64,000 nt of DNA, taken from positions 1 through 64,000 of the forward strand of contig CAJNYD010000303.1 of assembly GCA_905331295.1 (NCBI GenBank). Direction: 5' to 3'. Positions 39,005 through 52,266 of this stretch are shown here, in pieces (within the stretch, counting starts at the first letter, position 1; every line of letters begins with the position of its first letter). The position numbers and the translations under genes are program-made. Under the pieces are notes generated by a model that worked only from the letters and a program-made list of their open reading frames with translations, was not told the origin of the DNA and searched no databases. The DNA is from Rotaria socialis (taxonomy: Eukaryota).

Positions 39005-39567
39005 AGCTTGCATCATTTCGGAATTCTAAAAGCACTTTAAACTAGGGGTGAGAAAGTTATTTTACGATTTCTCAAATTATTTACGACTGGTTCTTATACC
39101 AAATGGTAATAAAGATACTGTATGAATAAAGTGAGTTTTTGACGTACGCACAAACTATGCGCACACCTGCTTATATTTCTTGAAGAACGCCATAAAAGGG
39201 CCTACTTTAGAAACGTACTTGGAGTGGAGTGGTACAAAGAGGTCAAAATGGACATAATTTGGCTTGTTTCTGCACACCGGCACAATGATATTCACGAGAA
39301 AACATGGGACAACATTTTCATGATTTCCTAGAGAAAAGCGATAATTGTCTATGATTGGAAGAAGTCGCTCCTTATTTGCTTCTCTGACTCGCCATAGCTC
39401 TAAAGATTCATTGAGATTTGAAAAGAAAATGGGATCGAAAGATGGTTGTGTATCTAGAAAAGACCCCAATCATCGGGACTGTCTGCGTTGTTAAAGCAAA
39501 TGAGATATTACGATGAGGTCGCAAATCATATGGACTTGAACTCTAACGGGAAACTTATTGAACTCAC

Positions 39568-40414
39568 ATAAGAGAGCCATATTTTGTTCGTTAGATTTGG
39601 CGGCTACTTTCAGTTTGGATAAACCACTGGCGACTGCGTCAACAGTGGAATGTCGGTTAGGATCAACCTGTTTCTTTGGAGATGTAGTAAAAGGCGGTTG
39701 AATCAATGTTACAGGTGGTTCAATCTGTTTAATATGTATTATACGCAGTTCATTTCCTTGTTTAATACTGTCAATGACTTCAAAGTAGCTACACGGCAAT
39801 AGCAAGACTTCACCTTCAGCTGGAAACTGTGAATGGTTCTGTACCATCTTTCCATTGAAACACTGGATATTGAAGAGAGTCCGTGTTCCGTATTCTCCGA
39901 GAAACTGTTGAGACTGTAGGACAGACAGTTTTGTTGAACATGACGAGAAGCCCCACCAAACAAACTTTTTCCCTGCTGGATACTGATCAGTCAGATTTCC
40001 CTTGACTCCACGCCAGACAACGTCTCGGACAGAGTCTAACTTCCATAGGGCAGTGATGAATAGTTTGAGATAGGAGAAGTAAGGCGTTAGTGACTGTCGC
40101 TGTTCACTTCGAAGAGCCGCATTCACTTCACGATACATACACTCCATGGTGTAGAGATAAATTGCAGAGCGTTCATCTGGTGTTAATCCATCTTTTGGTT
40201 CTTCACAGTTACCGGTAGCTGTCCAGACGTATGTTTGAATGTTTTTGATCAGCTTTTCGAGCGGCTTAACTGCTTCTTCGAGAGAGACCAATGGCTTTAG
40301 TTCGTAGCCTTCGATTGGTCCCAACCGTCGCTGTGGTTCGAAGTTGACGTCGAGAAAACGTCCTGTTGGTGTTTGAGCAGTGAATTTGTCATCCTCAACA
40401 AACTTTTTCGCCAT
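39568..40414 (-). CDS. NAD:arginine ADP-ribosyltransferase domain exon
   Basis: AIYLYT, N.ALR, VWRGV, GFSSCS and EGEVLL (R-S-ExE signature); ATG at 40414; GTGAGT donor at 39567. If unspliced, the ORF runs to 39491. Confidence 0.88.
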
Positions 40415-40520
40415 AATGTATTCGTGGATGGAAGAAAGTAGAGGGTACAAAAATGATTTGATTTTTAAACTTAAATTAGAAAAGTTAGTAGTGAAAGTGA
40501 AAAGAGAAGATGCTTAAAAG

Positions 40521-40544
40521 GTGTCCAATAAGTTTTGGCCCACT
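40521..40544. mobile_element. Solitary Tc1-like terminal inverted repeat remnant
   Basis: GTGTCCAATAAGTTTTGGCCCACT resembles a Tc1-type TIR; no partner seen. Confidence 0.35.
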
Positions 40545-42091
40545 TAATTAATATTATTCTTTTTACATGTTTCTTTATTGGAAAAGGCTGATATTAACAG
40601 TATATATATACTACTGTCTATCCAAAAAAGAATGATCCCAGCCACTTTTCGAATAACCTGAGAACAAAAGCAGCTAGTGACCTGTGGTTTTCACCATTCG
40701 GAAGAAGACAGCGGGAGACGTCGATCTATGTTAGAAACCACGAACTGATCAATGGTCAGTGTTGGTCAACTTGTGATGGGTATTTTGAAAACGCTGTAAC
40801 CATACTTGTCTCTGATGGATTTTGAATCAGATTCCTTTAAATTGTGCAAGTCGCACGAAACTTTTTTTTTCCATATATAAGTAGATATAATTTAAATAAT
40901 ATTCGTATATTGAACAAGTAAAACAAAGAAAGGGTTTTTTTTATTTTTTTATTTGTCTTATTATTGAAATTAACAAGAAGGAAATATTATAAAAAATATA
41001 AGAGGAGGAGAAAAAAGATAAAGAATTTAAGCAAAAAAATTAGTAAAGAGCAGGGGAAAAGAAGGAATTTTATATTGCATTGAATATGGATAGTAAATGC
41101 TAGGCCTTTCGAATATGGCTTTATCAAGCGATTTTTTTAGCTGTTTCGTTGAGATACACATTTTATCTAAAATTTATGACTACACAGGAATGTGTAGCAA
41201 TACGATCGTTCCATGTTGGGTGTGGGTGTGAATGAAGAGTATGTGAACAGTGCACTTAAATCCGCGCCCGCAATCATTCTGATACTGACACATATACGCT
41301 CACTCACACCCATACCCACAACCGACAGCTACACCCACACCGCACTGGACAATTATATTGTCGGTTCAATAATCACCAAAATACGGTGCAGAATTTATGG
41401 CCGACTTATTTGTTTTTGGCAAATCAGAAATAAGATAAAAATGAATCTGTTACAACAAATAAAATCGCTTGCTTGATTTTATCACTGACCATTGTTAATA
41501 TTTTACAGAAAGAGCATGTTTCAAAGGAGTATTATATTGGGGACCATTTCTGACGGTTTTGTTTTGACCAAGGAAATTTGGGTTGAAAGACATTTTCTGA
41601 CAGAGGAAACGTCGGAGATATTTCATCGGAGACAGTTTTTAAATGATGTTCTCGCCTCTTACCGAAGTGTTTTTTTGCTACCGTTTGCTTGACTACAGTC
41701 AGTTGTTGTTGAAATGAAAAATCGAAGGAAGCGACTGTTTTGTTGGTTAGAACATCAACGAATGTTTGTTTTTCATTCTCCTTCTTCGCATGTAACGAAT
41801 TTTAAATTGCTTCATGTAGCACGATGCAACAATTTTCGCATCGATTTTTCTTTTCTCAATAAACGTATGGAAGAGGATGTGGGTGTGCACTGAAAACAAA
41901 ATCCGTCAAATAATAAACGGAGAAAATGTTTTTGATAGAGTATTAAACAAACAGTGGGCTTATGAGTTTGCAACGGGACATAAACCATTTTTTCCGTATA
42001 TATCAAAGATAATAAGCGTTTTTCTCACTTATGATTTTGAAAATCGGGCAAAAGGAGTTATGTCCCGTTGCAAATTCATTAACCGAGCCGA

Positions 42092-42370
42092 CGTAGATGC
42101 ACAGTTGAACGGACATTTGGATTGCTGAAAAATCGGTTTCGTTGTTTAAAAAGAAAGATGGAGTTTCATATAGATAATACCACTAGTATTATAAAAACAC
42201 TTGTTGTTTTACATAATTTATGTATTATCACAGGAGATCATTCTGAAGCTGATTGGGATATGTTTGCTTTTGAAAATATTTATAAAAAGCCTTTATATAA
42301 AGCATCAACAAGTGGTGGAAATGATGTTCGATATGCACTAACAGAATATTTTTTGAAAAATCCAATATAA
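42092..42370 (+). pseudogene. PIF/Harbinger (HARBI1-like) transposase C-terminal remnant
   Basis: RRCTVERTFGLLKNRFRCL...IIKTLVVLHNLCI. Confidence 0.82.
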
Positions 42371-42663
42371 AGTCTTGTTGTTCTCATTGTTTAGAAGTAG
42401 TTTTCTTACTTACAATTTTCAATTAAATTAGATTTTGATATTTATTAATATGATTACTTTCTTGTTATTCTAGATAAATAAGAAATTTTAATTTAAATAA
42501 AATATACATACCAGCATTTTGATTATAGCATCCTAAATAAATTATATTATTTTATACTGGTTTGATAAAACTATCAATCAAATGTCAAAACAAAACAATA
42601 GGTACATCTAATACAGCCATTTATTATTCGACTCCATTTTTGATAGAAATGATATTTAATCAA

Positions 42664-44446
42664 CCCAGGACATTATAGATCAGTCGGTTCTTGTCGGACG
42701 GGTTATAATTCCGATGTAACATGGTGACCGGATTCGGTCGGTTAATTTCTGGTGAATTCCGATGATTTTCTTTGTTTTATTATCAAATCTGGTTACCGGT
42801 TTCTCCGAGAACCAGCCAGATTTACATTGCCGGAAAATATCAGGTCAGATGATACGATTGGGCCGTATACGACGTGATCCGACAATATCCGGTAACGAAA
42901 CTTTACCGGAATCCGCGTGCCGCATGACGCTCAATTTCATGGTAGATCCGGCTTAATCAGTCTCATCGGAACCAATCGGATCATATCAGAACCGAACGGT
43001 CTTACTCACCGGATTAAGCCACTTACTAAAACACAGATCTGACCGACAGCATCGACAACTAATTACCAGATGCTAAAGAAAGATCTTGTGATTCATTCCG
43101 ACTCTTAGTTAACAGCTCATACAAGCGGTGAAAAGCATGAATTAAACAGTATGGTTCATTCAATAGCTTATTTATGAAAAATCAATCCACATGAGCAACA
43201 TGATTATGTATTTATTGATGCTGAGCAAAATTATCGATCCGAATGAATCTCACTCAGCTCGCTTATCATAACTCCAGCTAATATAACATAATTCTATGCT
43301 CGACTCCTGGTCTACCCCGAAATCCACAGCCATTAATGATTACCCAGGGCAAGATAAACTTCCTCTATACTCACACTACCTTGTTCGTCCATGCAACTCG
43401 ACAAAATTTAAAACGTGTTACACATGTGTTTCCTCGGTCTGACAACACCAAAAGCATCATTTCAAATCACCAACAAACGCTTTTGCGGACGCTCGAATGC
43501 TGCTTACACATAATATTAAAAATTCCATATGCCATTAAATCGTTTTCGTATGTCACTCAAAATCCTGTTTCACGAGGAAAAGGTACGTTAGAACCATCGA
43601 GAATGCTTATCTGAACAATTCTCTATGTCTTAGTGAATTTTTCGATCTCTCAAAAATTATGTTTGGAGTGATTTTGTGTTCGTGTTTATGCAACAAGATA
43701 ACTCTTCAATGATGTTTACAATGGCAATGATTGTTGAAAAAGAAAGTGGTGATGATCCGAAATGATACTCAGATGCATTTTCTATGAATTATTAATGGTT
43801 TCGATGGGTGCAAAACAATGTTGGGAGCGATGTTTTCAAGAACTTAAATGCAACAAAATGACACAGTAAACGGGTTTATAATGTGTTTACTAAATACGAT
43901 GTATAGTAGGTTGGTTCTGGATCATTCTTAGTGTGTCTATTGGTGAGTCAGGTGTTGTTGGTTTCGGGTTACAATGCTTTTTAGGGTGATTGCTGTTGGG
44001 GAAAATGTTTGTTGTGGACCCGTTTGAGCGGCGATGATTTGGATTATGTGTCATTATCCATCAGGCGTAGTCGTTTCGGTTTGTGTGCGTGTTTCTGAAT
44101 ACTACAGTTGATTCATCTTGTGGTTAAAGAACGCTTGTATGAAAGATTTTTTATGATGTCCTTGTCTTCGAAATCTGACGGAATCCGGTCAAATATGTGC
44201 AGAAGCCCTTGTGAACCGAGATCATCCGGTAGTTCGGGTCGATCGGTTGCGACAATGTTCGGTTGTATTATCCGGCAGGAAACGATCGGACCATTTTTCT
44301 TTGCATTCCGGCCCAGATTCCGGGAGCAGAGATTCTGGCGAAATTCCTGTCGGATCCTGGCAGATTTGAGTGGGAAACATGCCAGCTTCTGGAGAGATTC
44401 GGTGCTGGTTCCGATGGGTTTCGGAGGCAGGATCAAGTGTCTTGGG
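42664..44446. mobile_element. Putative non-autonomous CMC/EnSpm-like transposon
   Basis: Ends CCCAGGACA / TGTCTTGGG, AA on both flanks, and about 300-bp TCCG/CGGA-rich subterminal blocks at both ends. Confidence 0.5.
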
Positions 44447-46544
44447 AATCTATAAAAAATTTCGAAGAAAATTTATCGATTGGTCATTGCATATTCTGTT
44501 ATTTCTGATTGATTGATTGTAGCTGTATAAAGAAAAACAAATGTACTAGATATTGGATATTCAAACACTTTTTCAGCTTTAAAGATATTCAGTTTTTAAG
44601 TTGCCGATGACATCAGCTGGATCAATATTCATCATCACCAATAAGCTCTTTCAAGTCGAAATATTCAAATTGATTACGTTCAAAGATTGAATCACTTTTT
44701 TTCTCTCAATAAAATGAAAAAAATGATCAACTATCTATTTTGATAAGAGATCATGAAAATCGGTTAACCGAAATATAGTCAAAAGTCTGAAAAATCGTCT
44801 TTTGGTACTTGCCAGGTTTTTAATTGACGAATCATTATCTATTATTCATCTGGAGTTTAGCGAGGAAATATAGCACCAATCGCACTTTTGATAAATATGT
44901 ACTAAAATCTCAAAAGTTATATATTTATGTCTCTTACATTCTAAGATTTATCTTTAATGAGAAACACGAATTTTTTTTGGCGTTTCAGAGTAAACATATC
45001 CATTACATGGCTGCCTTCTTCTACTCTCGATGAAGATATTTTCATGATCCTTATTTGATCATGTCGACAAAGTAAAAGAAAATTTTATTTAAATTCAAGA
45101 GAATAATTTGTATTTAACGAAGTCTTATTGCATATGCTCGCAAGTGATTCTTTCAGAATTTCTTATCTGATTTTTTTTCTTTCTGAAAAACAGATCAAGT
45201 TCGTTGTTTCAATCGATTTTTTTTTCTAACAAATGAAAATATTTCAAAAGATCTATCTCATATCTATGAGTAATCTATTGTCTTAATTTGTTTCATAGAA
45301 TTTAAAAATCTAATTTGATGACTTCACAAAATGGTTCAATACTAATCTAGAAATAATCTGAAAATTTTATTATGCCTCAAACATCATTATAGGCGATGAA
45401 CTTTTATTGTGCTTTAATGCATGCAGAAAACAAATCTAATTTCATTTGCAATAAAACGTTTCAGTGACTATGAGATATGAATTCAAGAAAAGCAAATTGA
45501 TATGGTTTCACAATTGATTATCATTTATCACAATAGAAGATTTTCTACTAAAACAAAATGCATTATATGAGTCTTATACGAAGCAGAATCATTGTGATAC
45601 CTAAAGTTAATTTCGATAGTTATTTAAAAGAAAATAATCTTTCCTTTTTTTTGTATTAACACAACTTTAATGAAATATGATAGCATCTATCAACAAGAGC
45701 AATTGTTAGCTTTATTAATTTGTTTTTCATCGTTTAAAGCATTTAGTAGAACTAAAAATAGGATTAACAAATGTTACACGTAACTCTACATGATGTATTT
45801 CTTCTCAACTATGAGACGAAACATTAAAAGAAAACATTGCTAATTTTTGTTTTGATAGCTATTGATAATAGTAAGACTTTTAAAGAGTTTTAAAATCTGA
45901 AAATATCTTATAAGCTACGTAAAATTTATATGAGAAGCACATATAAATATTATTTAGAATTCTGGAACGGATGTAAGATTCGATAAACTAAAAATTCATT
46001 GATTAAAACAGATATTTTAATGAGGAAAATACAATTCATTTCATCTCTGAATAAAGTGATGGAATTGCAATGATGAATGCATCGATTTGATCCTTTTATT
46101 GTTTTCTTGCTTTTAGCTTGTTGGTTTTCTAAGTTTCTAAGTTTCTAGATTTTATTTTCTTGTTTTAATAATAATTTTCACTTTAATGCTAATTTCATAT
46201 TGAGAGTACGAAACTGATCAACTTTTACAATTTTCTTAGGAGAATTCTGAATAATTATAATTATAATTATAATTATAAGCATAATAGTACGTATTATGCG
46301 TATCCATTGCTAAATATCAAGAAATGTTTCAGTGCATCTAGGTAGGGTGTGGATTTGTATTCGTTCAATTGTCTACGTTTCAAAAAATATTCGAAAAAAA
46401 AATCATTCATGAGATTACTCTTGACAGCTGAGTAGATTGTTTTTTTAACAAAATCTTTCGAAACCCATGCTTGCCGGTATTATTCTATTTATAGCAACAA
46501 ATACAAGCTTTGAAGATCTAAAATATGCTTTTGTATCTATAAGT

Positions 46545-47670
46545 GAGTATACTTCTGTCCCTGACTACATGATGAATATCAAATATTCTTTGTTAAAAAT
46601 CAAGATGCATTCGTAACTGCGAAATAATTAAACATAATTTATGTGTAGCTTGAGAAGAGATAAAATTTTGTAAGAAAAGTTCTTTGTGTATCTGAAGAGA
46701 TCTTCGTACATATGTTTGAGTAATTGACAATACTTTCACTTGACCAGTATAAATATATTTTTAGTGAAAACAATGAGCAACACTATGTTGTTGAATATAC
46801 AGTACTTACTATGTTTTAAATGTCTATTGTATGATTTTTATTTTGGAAAAAAGAGAATATGAACAATAAAAGTTTTGATTAAACCCAATTAAACGAAAGG
46901 TCCATCAAACTTCGGCAATTTAATCTAGACTATTCGTTATTTGAAACTTCTCTTTCTTTTCGTAGAGATCATTGAATAATACTATAGAATCGAGGATTAT
47001 TTTTGATATCATTGTAAATATTTAAACTCCTTTTGAGTCAGAAAAAAAATATATAAATCTTTTCAGAGATAAGCTTCAGCCTTCATTTCAAAGAATCAGA
47101 AGAATTCCTAAGAACTTCAAATAGAACACTAAATCGATATAGACTGAAGAAAAGTTTCTCAAATAATTATTGTGAAATATAATATTGACGATCGATCTGA
47201 GTTTGAAGCATTGCATGCTTGTTTTGCTTTTCAAGCAAGTTGGCCTTTTAACGTTTCTAAAACGTAGCTAAGGTACTTTCTAGTTATGAGACATGCGCTT
47301 CAACGTTTGGTCTGACTATTTTGTAAAAAGTTGTTCTGCCCTACGCTGATGTAGTATTATGTTTGAAGTTCTGAGGACTTCTCATGATTCTCTGAAATGA
47401 CAACTGACGATTATCTAACAAAAGATCTATATTTTTTCCTGACTTAACCTCAGTTCAAAATATATTTAATGATGTCAAAGATAGTTAATCATTAATTGTG
47501 ATTATCTTTATCTTGTCTGTATGAAGAAAAGAAAACGAGTTTCAAATAAGCTTCTACTAAGAAACAACATTTAATCACATTGGATTAGATTGGAGTGAAA
47601 AAATTGCAAATGTTTATTAAATTGTCATATATGAATTATTCATGTAGTCAGAAAAAGAAGACGCGAGTAT
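46545..47670. repeat. Old, diverged foldback element
   Basis: About 47033-47157 aligns to the reverse complement of about 47326-47447; further patches at 46936/47520 and 46560/47640. Confidence 0.65.
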
Positions 47671-48336
47671 CATTTATTTACATTTTCATTTCAATTATGT
47701 AAAATTGCTTTCATAGTATGAAGTAGTTATTTTGATATAAGAATTAACATATTCTGTAGTTCAATATAGATTTAATTAATTCATTTCAAATTCGAACATA
47801 CTTCTTCGAAAATAGAGCTAATTGTACTTTTTTTGAGAAAAGAAAACAAAAAAATAGTATTGAGATTTTATTTAATTTGAGATGATTTGTAAGTTAGTGA
47901 ATAAGAAAACAATGTTAAATATTAAATATTAAATATGGATAGGTTTGCCTCTGTTGTTATTTGAAATATTCGAGAGTGAACAGGTGCATTGATCTATTGA
48001 CGTCGATCATGGAATCCAGCGCACAAATAGAAAGAAAGAAACAAACAAACAAACAATAGGCGAATGAAAAGAAAATAATTGTCAACATCCGCTTCTTGTT
48101 TAAAAGCGCGGTCGCTGCTATTACAACAAGCCCAGTTTTTCATCAGAACTAAAAAGAAATGAACGAAGATCAAACCGAAACGAGAAAAGAAGAAAAAGAA
48201 AGCAAGAAAACGCTACGTACTTCTTGCTTTTCTTTTCTTCTGTTTTAGTATAACTTGGTTAAGACTAATTAAACTTTTTGATGTTTGCATAAAGACTAGT
48301 AGAAATAACTGATCTAGTTGTGTCTCGTTTATACCG

Positions 48337-50698
48337 ATGCAACAATTTCAATCAAAATATCATTATGGTACTCCGTTGAGTATAAATTCTTCTTCTTCGT
48401 CAACATCAGTATTTCCAAATAAACTTAATGGAATATTTCCATCGCATCGTTTATCGCAAACATCAGCGAGTATTCAATCTATAACACCAAATCAATCACG
48501 TCTTCTAACCAATTGTGATAATGAATTAAAGTTATCAGAAAAAGTCAAATATATTCTATTAATCATGATTTTAACTTTTACTTATGCTTTTCTTCTTACA
48601 ATTACAATTGAATTGGCAACAACTCTTGTTAAATATAAAAAAGAAAATGATCTCTTATCATCAATGAATGAAATTTCCAATTTAACACAAATTAATAATG
48701 AAATAAGATTAGAAGTTAAAAAATTTCCAATTCGTTCATTTTTTGCATGTATATGGCTTTTTCATGTGTTCCTATTCTGTATTTGTTTACTTATACATTT
48801 ATTTGTCTATCAATAATATCCAAGACGTGGCCGAGCAAGAGCAGCTTTTCTCAGGTAAAAATAGAAAATCATTGAAAAAGAATAAATATTGAAAATAACA
48901 TTTTTCTGTTAAAAGTTTAATTAAATTTTGTTTCGATACATAGAATAAGGTATATGAATATCGTTGTTTTAAGTTTGAAAAAAAGTATCTGTTAGATGAA
49001 ATCGTTGAAAAATTGCATTGATCGAATATATAAAATAAGCACTTCACTGACAGAACATCCGTCATCGATAAAGAAAAAAAAACACCGGAAGCCATATGGT
49101 GCGCATCACCACGCTTCTTTCATAGGACCAACGTTAAAGCACTAAGGAAAATGTGATAGAAAAACAGATTAATTCTTTTTGTGTTTCTCTCACTATGTTT
49201 CTATTAATAATTGACCTTGACGTTTCTTTTTATTTTATTTTCATGACGCCTACTTTATAACAAAGGATTGAGAAGATGATAGGCATAATTATTAAATCTA
49301 TACAATTAATGTTCTTTCATAATTATTTTTAATTTCGCAGAAGATTTTATTTTTTGTTGAACCCTTCTCATATTACTGTAGATAATAATTTCACTATATT
49401 GATCTCCTATCCATAAAAGAAAAATTATAAATATAAACGAAGTAACTACGAGTCCGACTAAACGAGAAATTTTAATGCTTTGATTTTTGTTAAAATGATT
49501 TTGTATTATTAATAATTGTAGAGAATGTCTTCGAATATTTGATAATGAAAAATGTTCATCACATAACAAGTTAATTGATTATTTGCTAAAAACAGGTTTA
49601 TTATCAATATTATGGTATTTATCATTTTATTTAATATTTCGTTCAATGGTTATACTTGTATCGTCTCAAATAATAATATTATATTCAATAAAAATAACGT
49701 TAAGACAAATGCTTGGATGGATATTTTTACATGAACAATTTATTGGAAATAAAGTTTGTTTATTTTTTCTTTTATTTCATTTTAAATAAATAAAATATTT
49801 TTTTAAAATATAGATAATCGCTCATATTCTTGCTTTATCAGCTTTACTTCTTCTTAGTCATGATAATGGATTTCGTTTCAATAGATTTTTATTAGGTTTA
49901 TCCATGATTACTTGTGCTGTTGCAATGGAAACAATTTTCGATGTATTTTGTTTTTTGAAACATTTTATTCAATATTTAATTTTATTAATTATTTTTTAAT
50001 AGATTCTTATCAATGGTTTAGTTAAGAATTTAACTAATTCAAAATATCGAATAGTTATGATTAATGTATGTTTATTTGGAACATGTTTTCTTTGGCCATT
50101 TGTTTTATTTTTTCATATAACTGAACTTGAACCAATGTTTATTCATAATTTTGATTCATCAATTATCATAATAACATTAATTTGTGCACTTCGTAAGAAA
50201 GATTCATTGTAAAGAGGAAAACAAAACTCAAAATTTATTTTTTTGTTTATTTTGTCAAGTATTTAATATGTTAACAATAACAATTTCATTTCAATATACA
50301 TCATTTGTAAATGCTGCTTCTTTTATAGTTGCTATTCCTTGTATAACATGTGAGTTTTTTCTTTTCGAATAATTTATTTAATTTCAGTAATTTTAGTAAT
50401 TGATCGTTATCTGTTAAATATAAAATATTCTGCATTATTTATATTGGCTATACTATGTTCATTGTCAAGTATTCTTCTTTCAATGATACCAAAAACATGT
50501 TTTCAAGCAGGTGAAGCGCGTAAAATGAAACAAGCATTGGGTTTAATTAATAAAGATTTAAATATAAGTGCTACTGCTGCTGCTGGTAGTTTATTATCTA
50601 CTGGTGGAACAACAAATGGAACATTTTCAACATTTGAAGAAATAAAAACTCAACGAAGAATTCGAAATGCTCTTTTATATAATGAACTCAAAACATAA
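48337..50698 (+). CDS. SLC35F3/F4-like drug/metabolite transporter; multi-exon
   Basis: Multiple TM exons including MLGWIFLHEQFIGNK-IIAHILAL and FGTCFLWPFVLFFHITELE. Confidence 0.65.
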
Positions 50699-51920
50699 TT
50701 TTGTTGTATTTACGAATATTTTCATTAAAATAATCTCGCTTATTCTTATTTCCAATACCGAATTTCAATTTACATCTAAATATTGTATTTTTATTTTGTC
50801 TGGCTTTCACAAATGGAATTTTATAAAAAAAAATATTTCTTTTCATATCTGTGAACTCTTTTTCTGTTTCAAATAAATAGTTATGTTAGAATTTTTAAGC
50901 GAAGGATTTACGAATTGAACAAAAAAATAACATCTATCTATCATTTGTGAAAAATTAGTTAATCGTATTGCAGATCATCTATGTAGAGTTTAGAAAAAGA
51001 CTAAATTAATGTTTTTATTATTAATTCCAATAATTCAAAAAAAAAATAATTGATACAACATTTGATTTTGATGGAATAACATAATCGAAATATTCTTTTC
51101 CACTATGTAAAACAAGACGATGTTCATCAAAATAATTCCAATCAAATAATGCTAAACCAATTCTATAACGTTGAATTGAACTTAAAATGCAATATTTTTT
51201 AAACTTTTTAATAAAGCTTCATTGATAATTTTACATTGAAGAATTCGATGAACAAAAGCATCATTATTATGATTGTTATTTGTTAAAAACAAATCAATTT
51301 TTTATTCAGATATTTATTATTCTGAAATAATATTTAATTACCTACAAGAAATATCTTCGATAATTTTGATGATATTAGATATTATAATCACATATTTTAA
51401 CTAAAATCCTGAAAGTTATTTAGAAGTAAATGGAAATGCACCTGAGAAATTGTTTTCGTTCCAATCTTTGTCGATTTTTGTTCTCGTTTTTATCTATACA
51501 TGAACGTTTTCATTCATAATTTTAAATATTTCGGCAAGACAATTATAAAGAACACGACAAATGGAAAGAAATAGGTATAGTGTGGAATGAAACATGATTG
51601 GTGTAAATACGCAATGATAAACTACATACACTTCTATGATTTATACATACACATACACACAATATATTCTTTCAATGTTACGAAGATCCGTTTAGAAGTG
51701 AATTTAATTTACACTAACTGATTATAAAAATTTTCAATTTTGATGAATCGTTTTTTTCTTTTTTAGATAATATTTTTCGATTAGTTTTTTTTGAATCTGT
51801 TGGTGCCCTCTAGATTTCCAAATGGTCTCCGACAATATGAAAGAAGTCAAATTTGTTTATCAATCCGAAGAACAAATATTTTATGTTGGTGAACCTATTC
51901 CACTTGATCAGTTTCTTATT

Positions 51921-52266
51921 CCCAGGAGAATCAATCCTAGCCTAGGATCCGATGAGTTCCGATCGGTTCCTATTGGAATCTGACGGAGCTCTTCGGAAGG
52001 CGCAAGGAAACTATCGGATTATCGTCGGATTCCTGGCTCCGGAATCGATATCGGATCCTAATGTCGGAAGCTAATAAAATCCGACAGTAACCGTCAATCG
52101 GAACTGGAATGCTTCGGATTTCATTGGTTCCGACAATCGGATATCATTGGAAATACGACTGTCGGATTCGACATTGATTCCTCAATCAGGAATCAAACGG
52201 GATTTCGTCGGATGGTAGGATCCCATAGAATCCGATGGAATTCGGTATCGGATTGATTCACCTGGG
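51921..52266. mobile_element. MITE with CCC...GGG termini and 2-bp TSD
   Basis: TIR CCCAGG(A/T)GAATCAATCC, TT on both flanks, TCCGA/TCGGA-rich interior. Confidence 0.75.

Larger units (their letters stand above)
38632..39015. repeat. Diverged inverted repeat carrying two hammerhead motifs (pLTR-like)
   Basis: Arms at about 38632-38785 and 38866-39015 align as reverse complements with scattered mismatches. Confidence 0.8.

Noticed and set aside
39155..39469. 104-aa ORF as an extra ART exon
   Set aside because: No recognisable motif or convincing splice sites; probably intronic, though not excluded.
43120..43300. Possible GIY-YIG endonuclease remnant
   Set aside because: Too degenerate to support by eye.
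44108..44508. Overlapping ORFs on both strands
   Set aside because: By-product of the GC-rich subterminal repeat block.
46250..46279. (AATTAT)n tract
   Set aside because: Ordinary microsatellite.
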